In this document: piece by piece, positions 1 to 9,909 of the stretch
How positions within the stretch are numbered: position 1 is the stretch's first letter
How the letters are laid out: every line of letters starts with the position of its first letter
DNA from: Candidatus Staskawiczbacteria bacterium
Lineage (GTDB): Bacteria > Patescibacteriota > Minisyncoccia > Minisyncoccales > Staskawiczbacteraceae
Assembly (NCBI GenBank): GCA_903885445.1
Contig: CAISIO010000020.1
Coordinates: 55 to 64,054 of the forward strand
DNA: 64,000 nt
Reading direction: 5' to 3'
Made by a program: the position numbers and the translations under genes
Notes under the pieces: generated by a model
What the model was told of the DNA's origin: nothing
What the model saw: the letters and a program-made list of their open reading frames with translations, nothing else
Database searches by the model: none

Positions 1-491
1 TTTGTTGAGTTGGCACATGAGCTATATGCCGTGCCAGGATTGTTGCATGTATATGTGGTGTAATTTTGGTAAACGCCATTGCCTTGGCAAAATGGACCTC
101 CTGTAATGCCGCTGGTTCCGCACTGGCTGTTTGAGTGGCAGGCTATTACTGGCGCTGGCGTTGATGCAGCCGCCGCAGCCGCCGATGATGCAGACGATGA
201 TCCTCCCGCAGCGCTTGATGACGACCCTGCAGCCGCCGCTCCGGCTGATGATGGATGAGTTGGTCTGACCGCTGCGGCAGCAGCCGAAGATGCCGCTGAA
301 GATGAGCCCGCCGATGCGGCTGCTGCAGCTGCTGCAGCTGCCGCAGATGAAGACCCTGCTGATACGGCTGCAACTGAAGATGACGAAGAAGAAGCCGTAG
401 CCGCTACAATAGCCGCTGAAGATGAGTATGCCACAACAAGTATCGCCAACATAAAAGCGACCCTGCCAACTATTTTTTTTGTCTGGTTCAT
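1..491 (-). CDS. Partial CDS (C-terminus lies beyond the window start): membrane-anchored Ala/Ser-rich protein with a Cys-rich distal domain
   Basis: Manual reverse-strand translation from the ATG at 491-489 is stop-free to position 1. It reads MNQTKKIVGRVAFMLAILVVAY (anchor helix), then ~90 aa of Ala/Ser low complexity, then CHSNSQCGTSGITGGPFCQGNGVYQNYTTYTCNNPG. It is missing from the ORF track only because it has no in-window stop. Confidence 0.5.
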   Translation of the reverse strand, partial: MNQTKKIVGRVAFMLAILVVAYSSSAAIVAATASSSSSSVAAVSAGSSSAAAAAAAAAASAGSSSAASSAAAAAVRPTHPSSAGAAAAGSSSSAAGGSSSASSAAAAAASTPAPVIACHSNSQCGTSGITGGPFCQGNGVYQNYTTYTCNNPGTAYSSCANST

Positions 492-659
492 ATTTTTGTT
501 TCCGAAATTAAAGTATGTATAATATTATACACTTAATATTAAGTTAGTATTAACCTTATAAATATATGCCGAGCTACGTTGTAATATATTACAACACGAA
601 AGGCTCTTAATTAAAAGGGGTTTATTTGTATTGCCTAGTCAACAGATTAATGTTGCTTC

Positions 660-688
660 TTGAAAAAAATAAAAATAAGATATAGAAT
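660..688 (+). promoter_or_regulatory. Sigma70-like promoter upstream of tRNA-Asn
   Basis: TTGAAA (660-665), 17 nt spacer, TAGAAT (683-688), about 22 nt upstream of the tRNA 5' end. Confidence 0.4.
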
Positions 689-710
689 AGAAACCAATAG
701 ATTATTGGGC

Positions 711-782
711 TCCGGCGTAGCTCAATGGTAGAGCAAATCCCTGTTAAGGATAAGGTTGTAGGTTCGAGTCCTACCGCCGGAG
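711..782 (+). tRNA. tRNA-Asn (anticodon GTT)
   Basis: Manual cloverleaf: acceptor TCCGGCG/CGCCGGA, D-arm GCTC-AATGGTA-GAGC, anticodon loop CTGTTAA, T-arm GTAGG-TTCGAGT-CCTAC. 72 nt, no encoded CCA. Confidence 0.9.
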
Positions 783-797
783 CTTAGTAATCTATAA

Positions 798-832
798 AAC
801 AAAATCCTGTTAAAGCGGGATTTTTGTTTTGA
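798..832 (+). terminator. Intrinsic terminator after tRNA-Asn
   Basis: Stem AAAATCC/GGATTTT (801-807/818-824) followed by a T-run. Confidence 0.55.
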
Positions 833-861
833 CTGTGGTTTTTTGTTAAGATTAGCGTATT

Positions 862-1209
862 ATGTTCACGAGAAGGAGGTTTACAGTTGAGAAGCGGGAA
901 TATGCCAGGAGGTTTGTGGAAAACAGGCTTAGTTTTTTTAATAAAATTTATAAGTTTGATATAAACCGGGTGGCCATTAAAAACACTTCAACCAGGTGGG
1001 GGAGCTGTTCTTCAAAGAAAAATTTGAATTTTAACTACAAAATTATTTATTTAAGACCTGCGCTGGCCGATTATTTAATAGTGCACGAACTTTGCCATTT
1101 GGGAGAGTTAAACCACTCAAAAAGATTTTGGCTGCTGGTAGCCAAAACAATCCCCGATTTCGTAGAAGTTAATAGGGAATTAAGGAGAACTAATGCAAAA
1201 TTAATTTGA
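862..1209 (+). CDS. YgjP/SprT-like (DUF45, M48-type) zinc metallopeptidase, short form
   Basis: RWGSCS and HELCHLGELNHSKRFW motifs are typical of the YgjP family. At 115 aa it corresponds only to the C-terminal catalytic half. Confidence 0.7.
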   Translation: MFTRRRFTVEKREYARRFVENRLSFFNKIYKFDINRVAIKNTSTRWGSCSSKKNLNFNYKIIYLRPALADYLIVHELCHLGELNHSKRFWLLVAKTIPDFVEVNRELRRTNAKLI

Positions 1210-1820
1210 TGAAAGATTTTGGCGGGTTAGCAAAAGACGAATCAATTAGTAAAACAAAAGATGCGTTAGAAAAAAACGGCATTGCGGTTTTTGTTGTAGA
1301 AAACGGCGCAGAAGCGAAAGAAAAAGTTTTACAGATGATTCCCGAAGGAGCGGAGATTATGAATATGACATCTGAAACCTTGAGGACAACCGGTATTGCC
1401 GACGAAATTAATAAGCTGGGGAAGTATAATTCTGTCAGAAACCAGTTTGAGAAAATGGATAAAAAAATACAAGGATTAGAGATGAATAAGTTGGGCGCGG
1501 CTCCCGAATGGACGATAGGAAGCGTCCATGCTGTAACAGAAAACGGCGAAGTTATAATTGCTTCGGCAACAGGAAGCCAATTGCCAGCTTATGCATATGG
1601 TTCAAGCCATGTTATCTGGGTTGTGGGTTCACAAAAAGTTGTAAAAGATATAAAAGAGGCGTTCGAAAGAATCTCTGACTATGTTTTTCCGTTGGAAAAC
1701 GAAAGAGCTATGAAGGCATACGGGATAGGTAGCGGCGTTAATAAGGAACTCGTTATCAATAAAGAAGTGACGCCGGGCAGAATCACAATGATTATTGTTA
1801 AAGAGAAATTAGGATTTTAA
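1206..1820 (+). CDS. LUD domain-containing protein (YkgG/LutC-like)
   Basis: 204 aa. Strings such as SVHAVTENGEVIIASATGSQLPAYAYG and GRITMIIVKEKLGF are recognised from LUD-domain proteins. The ATGA start overlaps the upstream stop. Confidence 0.7.
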   Translation: MMKDFGGLAKDESISKTKDALEKNGIAVFVVENGAEAKEKVLQMIPEGAEIMNMTSETLRTTGIADEINKLGKYNSVRNQFEKMDKKIQGLEMNKLGAAPEWTIGSVHAVTENGEVIIASATGSQLPAYAYGSSHVIWVVGSQKVVKDIKEAFERISDYVFPLENERAMKAYGIGSGVNKELVINKEVTPGRITMIIVKEKLGF

Positions 1821-1953
1821 TTAAACTTTAATAGAAACTATTTTAAAATACATACGTAGTATAGATATCCAGCCCCTGGGCGACGATAATGGAATGCAAT
1901 AGCTCGGGGACAACTAGTTTTCAAAGGGCACTCTACAGCCTTGCGTAGAGAAC

Positions 1954-1985
1954 AAAACACCTCTAAGATGGGGTGTTTTGCTTTG
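1954..1985 (+). terminator. Intrinsic terminator upstream of the atp promoter
   Basis: AAAACACC/GGTGTTTT stem (1954-1961/1972-1979) followed by TTTTGCTTT. Confidence 0.55.
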
Positions 1986-2002
1986 TATATTTTTAAAAAC
2001 TA

Positions 2003-2031
2003 TTGCACGTTTGTGAAAATTGATATATAAT
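2003..2031 (+). promoter_or_regulatory. Sigma70-like promoter of the ATP synthase operon
   Basis: TTGCAC (2003-2008), 17 nt spacer, TATAAT (2026-2031), 20 nt upstream of the atpB ATG. Confidence 0.5.
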
Positions 2032-2050
2032 ACAACTGATTTTTTATCAC

Positions 2051-2797
2051 ATGGAAGAGATATCATTAAAAGCGCAGCAATTATTCAGCATTGGGAACTT
2101 TAACGTAACAAACGGGCTGTTTTTGACTCTCATTGTCTCTCTGATTTTGATAACTTTTTCTATAATAATAAGAAGCAAGGTTAAGTTAATCCCGGGGAAA
2201 TTGCAGGGAGCCGCTGAAATGGGAATAGAAGCGCTTTTGGACTTGATGAAATCAACCTTGGGCTCGATGGAAGCGGCCGAAAAATATTTTCCTTTAATTG
2301 CGTCAATTTTTATTTTTATATTAACTTCAAATCTTTTGGGTATTTTTCCCGGAGTGGGATCTTTAGTATTGCATGAGGAAGGGGGCGGCGTAGTGCCGCT
2401 TTTTCGTTCTCCGGCGGCTGATTTAAACTTCACTTTGGCGTTTGCGGTTATATCTGTTATAGTTACAAATATAATAGGAATGGTTTCAGTTGGATTGTTC
2501 GCGCATTTGGGAAAGTTTTTTAATTTTAAAGGCCCGATAGAATTTTTTATAGGGATTTTAGAGCTGATTTCAGAAATTGCAAAAACTATTTCCCTGACTT
2601 TCCGATTATTCGGCAACGTATTTGCCGGAGAAGTGCTTCTAACTATAATTTCTTTCCTGGTCCCGTATTTTGTCCCCTTGCCGTTTTTATTCCTGGAAAT
2701 ATTTGTCGGGCTGATACAGGCGTTTATTTTCGCTATGATCACGCTGGTTTCGATATCCCTTCACACGGCAGTGCACGGCGAGGAGCATGAACATTAA
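2051..2797 (+). CDS. atpB: F0F1 ATP synthase subunit a
   Basis: Polytopic membrane protein carrying the subunit-a signature LTFRLFGNVFAGEVLL. It is the first gene of the atp operon. Confidence 0.9.
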   Translation: MEEISLKAQQLFSIGNFNVTNGLFLTLIVSLILITFSIIIRSKVKLIPGKLQGAAEMGIEALLDLMKSTLGSMEAAEKYFPLIASIFIFILTSNLLGIFPGVGSLVLHEEGGGVVPLFRSPAADLNFTLAFAVISVIVTNIIGMVSVGLFAHLGKFFNFKGPIEFFIGILELISEIAKTISLTFRLFGNVFAGEVLLTIISFLVPYFVPLPFLFLEIFVGLIQAFIFAMITLVSISLHTAVHGEEHEH

Positions 2798-2857
2798 AAC
2801 AAGAAGTAATAAATACAAAGGTCAAATAAAAATAATAATTAATAAAAAAACAAAAAC

Positions 2858-3088
2858 ATGGACATAGAATCAGTTCGTTTGTGGGCAACAGCCGGAGTAT
2901 TGGCAATTGGAGCTATAGCTCCAGCCGTTTCAATCGGGCACATTGGAGCGTCAGCCGTTAAAGCCATCAGCAGAAACCCGGAAGCAGCTTCAAAAATCCA
3001 GACAGCTATGATTTTGTCAATTGCTTTCGCCGAAGCCGTCGCTATTTACGCTTTGGTTATCGCTTTGATTATCAAATTCGTTGCTTAA
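2858..3088 (+). CDS. atpE: F0F1 ATP synthase subunit c
   Basis: 76-aa hairpin proteolipid with an RNPEA loop and a carboxylate-bearing helix ([12 protein letters not shown]). Confidence 0.9.
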   Translation: MDIESVRLWATAGVLAIGAIAPAVSIGHIGASAVKAISRNPEAASKIQTAMILSIAFAEAVAIYALVIALIIKFVA

Positions 3089-3161
3089 TTCAAGCTTAAA
3101 GCTTGCCCCGCAGAGCCGTCAGGCAACGTGGGGTAGGATTTAGTCTTTAATTAAATAATAT

Positions 3162-3665
3162 ATGGAGAACGCATTATTATCGCAACTTGGGATAGATTGG
3201 AAATTGTTTTTAAGCCAAGCAGTCAACTTTGGCATACTTTTGCTGGTTTTGACTTTTTTCGTTTATAAACCTTTGATAAAAGTCATAAAAGAAAGGAATA
3301 AAAAACTGGAAGAAGGTTTGGAAAAAGCAAAAGAAGCAGATATTAGATTAAAAGAAGTTGATGTAATTGGAAAAGAAAAGATAAAAGAAGCTGAAGCAAC
3401 TTCGGTAAATATCATAAAAGCCACTGAAAATAAAGCAAAAGTTTTAGAGCAGGAATTGCAGAAAAAATCCGAGGAAAAACAATTGCAAATGCAGAAAGAT
3501 TTGGAGGCGAGCTACAAAAAACAAAAAGAACAATCAGAAGAGCTGGTTTTGAAAAACGCGCTTGATCTGGTCAGAAAGACAATTATAAAGACAGTTGAAT
3601 TAAAACCCGACGCCATTGACGAGGCGCTTATAAAGAAGGCCGTTGAAAGTGTAAAACATGAATAA
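3162..3665 (+). CDS. atpF: F0F1 ATP synthase subunit b
   Basis: N-terminal TM helix followed by a long Lys/Glu-rich coiled coil. Its operon position between atpE and atpH fits subunit b. Confidence 0.8.
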   Translation: MENALLSQLGIDWKLFLSQAVNFGILLLVLTFFVYKPLIKVIKERNKKLEEGLEKAKEADIRLKEVDVIGKEKIKEAEATSVNIIKATENKAKVLEQELQKKSEEKQLQMQKDLEASYKKQKEQSEELVLKNALDLVRKTIIKTVELKPDAIDEALIKKAVESVKHE

Positions 3666-4035
3666 GCAGGCGAAAATAAAATTATACGCGAAGGCGCTGG
3701 CGGAAATACTTGCTAACAAGAAATTTGATGAGAAAAAAGTCATCGCGAATTTTGTTAAACTTTTGGTTGGGCAGGGATATGAAAAGAAATCAGGGGAAAT
3801 TTTGAACTTGGCGGAAAATATGCTTTTGGCAAAACAAGGGAAAAAGAGAATAACTTTTGAGACAGCGAGGAAAACAACTGCCGGGCAAAAAAAGATTTTG
3901 GAAGGAATTGCCCAAATCGGAGATGTTATAAATGAAAAAATTAAACCCGAATTAATTGCGGGAGTAAAAATAATAATTAATGATTCAAAGCAATTTGACG
4001 CTTCAATGCAAAGCAAGTTGCAAAGGATTATCTAA
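3658..4035 (+). CDS. atpH: F0F1 ATP synthase subunit delta (short, 125 aa)
   Basis: Operon position fits, and the C-terminal [27 protein letters not shown] resembles the delta/OSCP C-terminus. It is roughly 50 aa shorter than typical bacterial delta. Confidence 0.65.
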   Translation: MNKQAKIKLYAKALAEILANKKFDEKKVIANFVKLLVGQGYEKKSGEILNLAENMLLAKQGKKRITFETARKTTAGQKKILEGIAQIGDVINEKIKPELIAGVKIIINDSKQFDASMQSKLQRII

Positions 4036-4043
4036 AAAAAGCC

Positions 4044-5570
4044 ATGTCGCAAGAAATAATTGAAAAAATTAAGCAGGCCATTGAAGGCTACAAAGATAAT
4101 GCCGAATGGGAAGAAATTGGCAAGGTATCTGAAGTGGGCGATGGAATTGCCAAAATTTCCGGATTGACCAATGTGCAGTCGCAGGAGGTTTTGACCATAG
4201 AGGCCGGCGAAAATAAGATTAGAGCAGTTGCCTTAAACTTGGAAGAAGACTCTGTGGGAGCTTTGATTTTGGGAGACGGCGCTTTGGTAAAATCGGGCAA
4301 CACTGTAAAAAGAACAAAGCAAATTCTTTCTATTCCGGTTGGAGAGCAATTATTGGGAAGAGTTATCGACCCAATGGGAAATCCGATAGATGGAAAAGGC
4401 CCGATTTTTTCAGAGAAAGATAAACCGCAATTAAACTTTTTAGAAAACGACGCGCCAAACGTAATTGGCAGAGAAGGGGTAAATACTCCTTTGCACACCG
4501 GAATAAAAGCAATTGATGCTATGATTCCAATTGGAAGGGGCCAGAGGGAATTGATTATCGGAGACAGGCAAACAGGAAAAACAGCCATTGCTTTGGATAT
4601 TATAATCAACCAAATCCAAGATAACCCGAAAAACCCGCCGGTTTGTATTTATGTGGCAATTGGGCAAAAAGAATCTAAAGTTGCAAAAATAGTTGAAACA
4701 TTAAAAAAGCATAATGCTTTGGCTTACACGGTTGTGGTTTCTGCTGCGGCCTCAAGCCCGGCGGCATTTTGGTATTTGGCTCCGTTTGCAGGATGCGCGG
4801 TTGGAGAATATTTTCGCGATAAAGGAAAAGACGCGGTTATAGTTTATGACGACTTGTCTAAACACGCTTGGTCTTACAGGCAAATTTCTTTGCTTTTGCG
4901 CAGACCACCAGGAAGGGAGGCGTATCCTGGAGACGTGTTTTATTTGCATTCTCGTCTATTAGAGCGAGCTGCTAAATTAAGTAAAGATAAAGGAGGTGGA
5001 AGCTTAACTGCTTTGCCAATTATAGAAACACAGCTGGGCGACATTACGGCGTATATTCCCACAAACGTAATTTCAATTACAGACGGCCAGATTTATTTGG
5101 AGTCGGATTTGTTTTATCAGGGTATGAGGCCTGCTGTAAACATTGGTTTGTCAGTTTCCAGAGTTGGTTCGGCAGCGCAAACAAAAGCAATGAAAAAAGT
5201 TGCCGGCAAATTAAAACTGGAACTTGCCCAATTCAGGGAATTGCAGACATTTATACAGTTTGCCTCGGATGTTGACGAAGGCACAAAGAAAAAAATCAGC
5301 AAAGGAAAAATTGTCACCGAAGTTTTAAAGCAATCTGATTTGTCGCCAATTTCATTTGAAAAGCAAGTTGTGGTTTTGTACGCCGCGCTGAATGATTATT
5401 TTGCAAAATACAATCCCGAAGAAATCCAGGCAGTTGAGAAAAAGTTTTTGGAATATGTAGACAGCCTTCACAAAGACTTTTTGGAGAAAATAAAATCCGA
5501 AAGAGCCATATCCGACGAGACAGAAGCAGAGATGAAAAAAATCATCAGTTCATTTGTAGAAGCAAATTAA
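4044..5570 (+). CDS. atpA: F0F1 ATP synthase subunit alpha
   Basis: Walker A GDRQTGKT is present, and the alpha-type sequence is conserved throughout (e.g. [21 protein letters not shown]). Confidence 0.97.
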   Translation: MSQEIIEKIKQAIEGYKDNAEWEEIGKVSEVGDGIAKISGLTNVQSQEVLTIEAGENKIRAVALNLEEDSVGALILGDGALVKSGNTVKRTKQILSIPVGEQLLGRVIDPMGNPIDGKGPIFSEKDKPQLNFLENDAPNVIGREGVNTPLHTGIKAIDAMIPIGRGQRELIIGDRQTGKTAIALDIIINQIQDNPKNPPVCIYVAIGQKESKVAKIVETLKKHNALAYTVVVSAAASSPAAFWYLAPFAGCAVGEYFRDKGKDAVIVYDDLSKHAWSYRQISLLLRRPPGREAYPGDVFYLHSRLLERAAKLSKDKGGGSLTALPIIETQLGDITAYIPTNVISITDGQIYLESDLFYQGMRPAVNIGLSVSRVGSAAQTKAMKKVAGKLKLELAQFRELQTFIQFASDVDEGTKKKISKGKIVTEVLKQSDLSPISFEKQVVVLYAALNDYFAKYNPEEIQAVEKKFLEYVDSLHKDFLEKIKSERAISDETEAEMKKIISSFVEAN

Positions 5571-5606
5571 AAAAAGAAGCCCCGCGCGCATGAATGCGCT
5601 CGGGGC
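5568..5606 (-). terminator. GC-rich intrinsic terminator serving the antisense minigene
   Basis: Hairpin GCCCCGCGCGC/GCGCTCGGGGC (5579-5606). On the minus strand it is followed by TTCTTTTTT. Confidence 0.5.
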
Positions 5607-5623
5607 GGAAGTCGTCGGCTGAA

Positions 5624-5815
5624 TCACTTCGGCATCTTGACGACGCATCTTCCTCCGGGACCGTCCCATTCGACGTTATGGACAAACAATCTTTCCAGGA
5701 ATATTCGTTCGTCCACATTGTCCATCTCCACAGAGAGTTCGAATAGATCGTAGTCCTTTTCCGCCTTGAAGCCTCTTTTTTGGGCTTCTGCTAGACTAAG
5801 TGCTTTGACTTTCAT
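5624..5815 (-). CDS. Hypothetical 63-aa protein, antisense to the atp operon
   Basis: AAGGAG lies 7 nt upstream of the ATG at 5815. Sequence: MKVKALSLAEAQKRGFKAEKDYDLFELSVEMDNVDERIFLERLFVHNVEWDGPGGRCVVKMPK. It has its own terminator and a TTGACA-containing promoter-like stretch at ~5860-5890 (minus). It is visibly more G+C-rich than its flanks. No family recognised. Confidence 0.45.
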   Translation of the reverse strand: MKVKALSLAEAQKRGFKAEKDYDLFELSVEMDNVDERIFLERLFVHNVEWDGPGGRCVVKMPK

Positions 5816-5897
5816 GTAGCACTCCTTGCCCTGAGGGCAAAAGTACAAAAGTTGTCACATCAATAAATTATCATAAAAAAATAGTATTGTCAAGTAA

Positions 5898-6857
5898 ATG
5901 GATTCACCGCAAAACATAAAAAAACGCGTCAAAAGCGTCAACAACATTAACAAGATTACCAAGGCAATGGAAATGGTTGCCGCTACCAAAATGCGCAAAT
6001 CGCAGGAGATAGCTTTGGCATCCAGGCCCTATGCTTTTGCGGCATTGGATTTTTTGGCGACTGTATCGAGTCTAGACCAAAAGCTTCCGGAATTGTTTGA
6101 GGTAAGGGAAGTCAAAAAAGTTTTGTTTGTGCTGGTTTCTTCCGACAAAGGATTGGCCGGCGCGTTTAACAGTTCGGTTTTCAGGAAATTCGAGAAACAC
6201 GAAAAGGAATATCCCGCCTCCGCCAAAGGCTCCGGCGCGGCAAGGGAAGAAAAGTTTTATATTGCTGTCGGAGAAAAATCTTGCAATTATCTTGAGAAGA
6301 AAGGATTAAATATCGTGCAGAAGTTTAACGCGGTGGGAGACTACACAACGCCAGAGCAAGTCCACCCCATAACAGATTTTATTGTAAAAGGATTTATTGA
6401 AAAAAAGTGGGACAGGGTAATTGTTGTTTCAACGCATTTTAGGTCTGCATTAAAACAAGAGCCGCATGTAAGAAGAATTTTACCAATTGATTTTGACCAT
6501 ATAAAAGAAACCGTTCAGCAAATCATTCCTGAAAGAGGAAAGTTTGCCGAGTTGATAAAAGAGCACCAGATAACTTTTGTGCCAGACAGAATGCGGTTAA
6601 AACAATTTTTAATTGAGCCATCGTCGGAAAAAGTTTTACAGCAATTAGGAGAGCATTTATTTTTTATCCAGTTTTACCATTTGATTTTGGAAGCCAACGC
6701 TTCCGAACATTCAGCTCGCAGAATGGCAATGAAAACCGCTTCCGACAACGCTTCAGATTTAGGAGAAAAATTAAACCTGCAATATAACAAATCCCGTCAA
6801 AGCAAAATCACAACGGAAATTTCAGAAATCAGCGCGGGAGCCGAAGCACTTAATTAA
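5898..6857 (+). CDS. atpG: F0F1 ATP synthase subunit gamma
   Basis: N-terminal IKKRVKSVNNINKITKAMEMVAATKMRK and C-terminal ITTEISEISAGAEAL are the conserved gamma helices. Confidence 0.93.
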   Translation: MDSPQNIKKRVKSVNNINKITKAMEMVAATKMRKSQEIALASRPYAFAALDFLATVSSLDQKLPELFEVREVKKVLFVLVSSDKGLAGAFNSSVFRKFEKHEKEYPASAKGSGAAREEKFYIAVGEKSCNYLEKKGLNIVQKFNAVGDYTTPEQVHPITDFIVKGFIEKKWDRVIVVSTHFRSALKQEPHVRRILPIDFDHIKETVQQIIPERGKFAELIKEHQITFVPDRMRLKQFLIEPSSEKVLQQLGEHLFFIQFYHLILEANASEHSARRMAMKTASDNASDLGEKLNLQYNKSRQSKITTEISEISAGAEALN

Positions 6858-6858
6858 T

Positions 6859-6940
6859 AACGTTCGCCAAACGAATTTTTTCTGCGGGGAGAGCCTCTCT
6901 AGCGGGGCACCCTCTCCTCGAAAAAATTATTTGGCTCGCT
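6859..6940. repeat. Palindromic ~82-bp repeat, copy A (immediately after the atpG stop)
   Basis: AACGTTCGCCAAACGAATTTTTTCTGCGGGGAGAGCCTCTCTAGCGGGGCACCCTCTCCTCGAAAAAATTATTTGGCTCGCT. It differs from copy B at about six positions. The arms GCCAAA..AATTTTTT and AAAAAATTATTTGGC, plus GGAGAG/CTCTCC, form a long hairpin. Confidence 0.75.
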
Positions 6941-6953
6941 TAGAAAATAATAA

Positions 6954-8331
<1,378 letters not shown>

Positions 8332-8333
<2 letters not shown>

Positions 8334-8412
8334 CGCTCGCCAAATTAATTTTTTTTGCGGGGAGAGCCTCTCTAACGGGGCACCCTCTCCTCGAAAAATT
8401 ATTTGGCTCGCT
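8332..8412. repeat. Palindromic ~81-bp repeat, copy B (immediately after the atpD stop)
   Basis: AACGCTCGCCAAATTAATTTTTTTTGCGGGGAGAGCCTCTCTAACGGGGCACCCTCTCCTCGAAAAATTATTTGGCTCGCT. It starts inside or next to the TAA stop exactly as copy A does. Confidence 0.75.
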
Positions 8413-8424
8413 ACCTAGCTTTTT

Positions 8425-8667
8425 ATGGAAATATCAGTATACAGTCTTAAAAACGTTTTGTTCCAGGGCGAAGCCTCGCTTTTGAATTGCAAAACAGTGA
8501 CAGGGGAAATTACGATTTTGGATAATCATGATTCATTGATTACTGTTTTGTCTGCCGGAGTTATCAAGATTGTTGATGAAAATAAAAAGGACAATTATTT
8601 TCCTGTAAAATCGGGATTTTTAGAGGTAAAACCCGGCAACGAAGTTAGGTGCATTGTTGAACAATAA
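8425..8667 (+). CDS. atpC: F0F1 ATP synthase subunit epsilon (80 aa, beta-sandwich domain only)
   Basis: Last gene of the operon. The N-terminal domain pattern fits (LLNCKTVTGEITILDNHDSLITVLSAGVIKI). The C-terminal helical hairpin is absent. Confidence 0.75.
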   Translation: MEISVYSLKNVLFQGEASLLNCKTVTGEITILDNHDSLITVLSAGVIKIVDENKKDNYFPVKSGFLEVKPGNEVRCIVEQ

Positions 8668-8688
8668 TAAAAGAGGTAAAATAGAATA

Positions 8689-9231
8689 ATGACGTGGGAA
8701 TCTTTCTATAATTTTTTTGGGATCAAGGATTTTATTTATTTTATTTCTTCTTCACAGATACAGGATATGCTTTTTCCGGTAAAGGTGGTTTTTGTTTTTT
8801 GTACCGCGTATTTTTTGTTTTTTGTTATTTATTTCATGATAAACTCCACATGGCTTCAGTATAAATTTTTGGAAGACGTGAGCGAATTTTTTTCTTGGCA
8901 GGCATACGGGCAAAGGGAAACAAACAAACAGTGGAGCAGGATTAAAAAGCGCACCGAGTCTGGCGCAGAATCAGACTATAAATTGGCGATAATTGATGCG
9001 AACGATTTTTTGGAGGAAGTTTTAGACAGCAGAGGATATGATGGCAACGACCTTAAAGAGAGCATTGAAAAAGCCGGTAAAATGATAGCGCCGATTTTAG
9101 ACGACGTGCTGAAAGCCTACGAGATTAGGAACTCCATTGTCTATAATCCGGACTTTAAAATATCGGCCGAGCAGGCCAAGAAAATCCTGGAAACCTACGA
9201 GTCCGCGGTTAAGAGTATTGGAATGGGATAA
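8689..9231 (+). CDS. Hypothetical membrane protein
   Basis: 180-aa ORF with one strongly hydrophobic segment (VVFVFCTAYFLFFVIYFMI) and a charged soluble tail. No family recognised. Confidence 0.55.
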   Translation: MTWESFYNFFGIKDFIYFISSSQIQDMLFPVKVVFVFCTAYFLFFVIYFMINSTWLQYKFLEDVSEFFSWQAYGQRETNKQWSRIKKRTESGAESDYKLAIIDANDFLEEVLDSRGYDGNDLKESIEKAGKMIAPILDDVLKAYEIRNSIVYNPDFKISAEQAKKILETYESAVKSIGMG

Positions 9232-9242
9232 AAAATACAACA

Positions 9243-9272
9243 AAAAAACCGCTTTCAAAAGCGGTTTTTTTG
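9243..9272. terminator. Bidirectional intrinsic terminator
   Basis: AAAAACCGC-TTTCAAAA-GCGGTTTTT, with A-runs and T-runs on both sides. Confidence 0.6.
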
Positions 9273-9394
9273 TGCTAAATTTAAATTAGAGAACTGGAGC
9301 GATTAAAAGCAGAATTGTGGCCAAAGCGACCAAGCTTATTAAAACGGTCCAGATAATTTTAAATAGTTTTTTTCTTTTCATATATTTTTTATTT

Positions 9395-9811
9395 ATGGTA
9401 GCAAATTTTTTGAAAAAGGGAAATAGGGGATTTTTTAAAAACCAGCTTTTATTCAGGACGGTCGGAATTATATTTATTATAATCATCGCCATGCTGGTTA
9501 TTTTTGATTTTAGGATTTACCAGAAAAAAAAGGAATTGGCTTCGCAAATAGCCTCATATCAAAAACAGATTGAAGACATAAAAAAAAGCAGCCAGACTTT
9601 AAAGGATGAAATTGCCAACCAAAATAATAAAGATTATTTGGAAAAACTTGCCTATGAGCAATTGGGCCGGCAAAAACCGGGTGAAAAAGAAATTATTTTT
9701 ATAGCTCCGCCGGCAAAAGTTCAGGTGAACTCAGCCCAGCCGGATAATTTTTGGGATAATTTTACTAGTTGGATAGGCGGCGGCTGGCAGTGGATAAAAA
9801 GCAAATTTTAG
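9395..9811 (+). CDS. Septum formation initiator (FtsB/DivIC-like)
   Basis: Single TM helix, coiled coil and YLEKLAYEQLGRQKPGEKEIIF motif. The start was moved to the internal ATG at 9395 because the upstream track extension runs through terminator and promoter DNA. Confidence 0.65.
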   Translation: MVANFLKKGNRGFFKNQLLFRTVGIIFIIIIAMLVIFDFRIYQKKKELASQIASYQKQIEDIKKSSQTLKDEIANQNNKDYLEKLAYEQLGRQKPGEKEIIFIAPPAKVQVNSAQPDNFWDNFTSWIGGGWQWIKSKF

Positions 9812-9828
9812 GTTAAGATATTTTTATT

Positions 9829-9899
9829 GCGGGTATGGTTCAGTGGTAGAACGTGACCTTCCCAAGGTTAAGATACGGGTCCGATTCCCGTTACCCGCT
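9829..9899 (+). tRNA. tRNA-Gly (anticodon CCC)
   Basis: Acceptor GCGGGTA/TACCCGC, D-arm GTTC-AGTGGTA-GAAC, anticodon loop TTCCCAA, T-arm ACGGG-TCCGATT-CCCGT. 71 nt. Confidence 0.9.
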
Positions 9900-9909
9900 C
9901 ATATTATTT

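Noticed and set aside
146-373. Track ORF (75 aa, Gln/Arg/His/Leu-rich) on the minus strand
   Set aside because: It is an off-frame shadow of the real stop-free minus-strand frame (491..1), which encodes an anchor helix, an Ala/Ser-rich linker and a Cys-rich domain. Its composition is an artefact of GCN/AGC repeats.
500-660. Perfect palindromes TGTATAATATTATACA (~519-534) and GTTGTAATATATTACAAC (~577-594) in the A+T-rich divergent spacer
   Set aside because: Long A/T palindromes arise easily in A+T-rich intergenic DNA. There is no adjacent regulator gene to link them to, so they are noted only as possible operators.
9286-9492. 68-aa minus-strand ORF overlapping the FtsB-like gene start
   Set aside because: Most of it overlaps the plus-strand gene. 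A shorter 31-aa version (9381..9286, MKRKKLFKIIWTVLISLVALATILLLIAPVL) is conceivable as a small TM peptide, but it has no RBS evidence and is too short to support.
9853-9909. Upstream extension of the 581-aa track ORF
   Set aside because: It starts inside tRNA-Gly (9829-9899). The ATG at 9910 is the first start clear of the tRNA.
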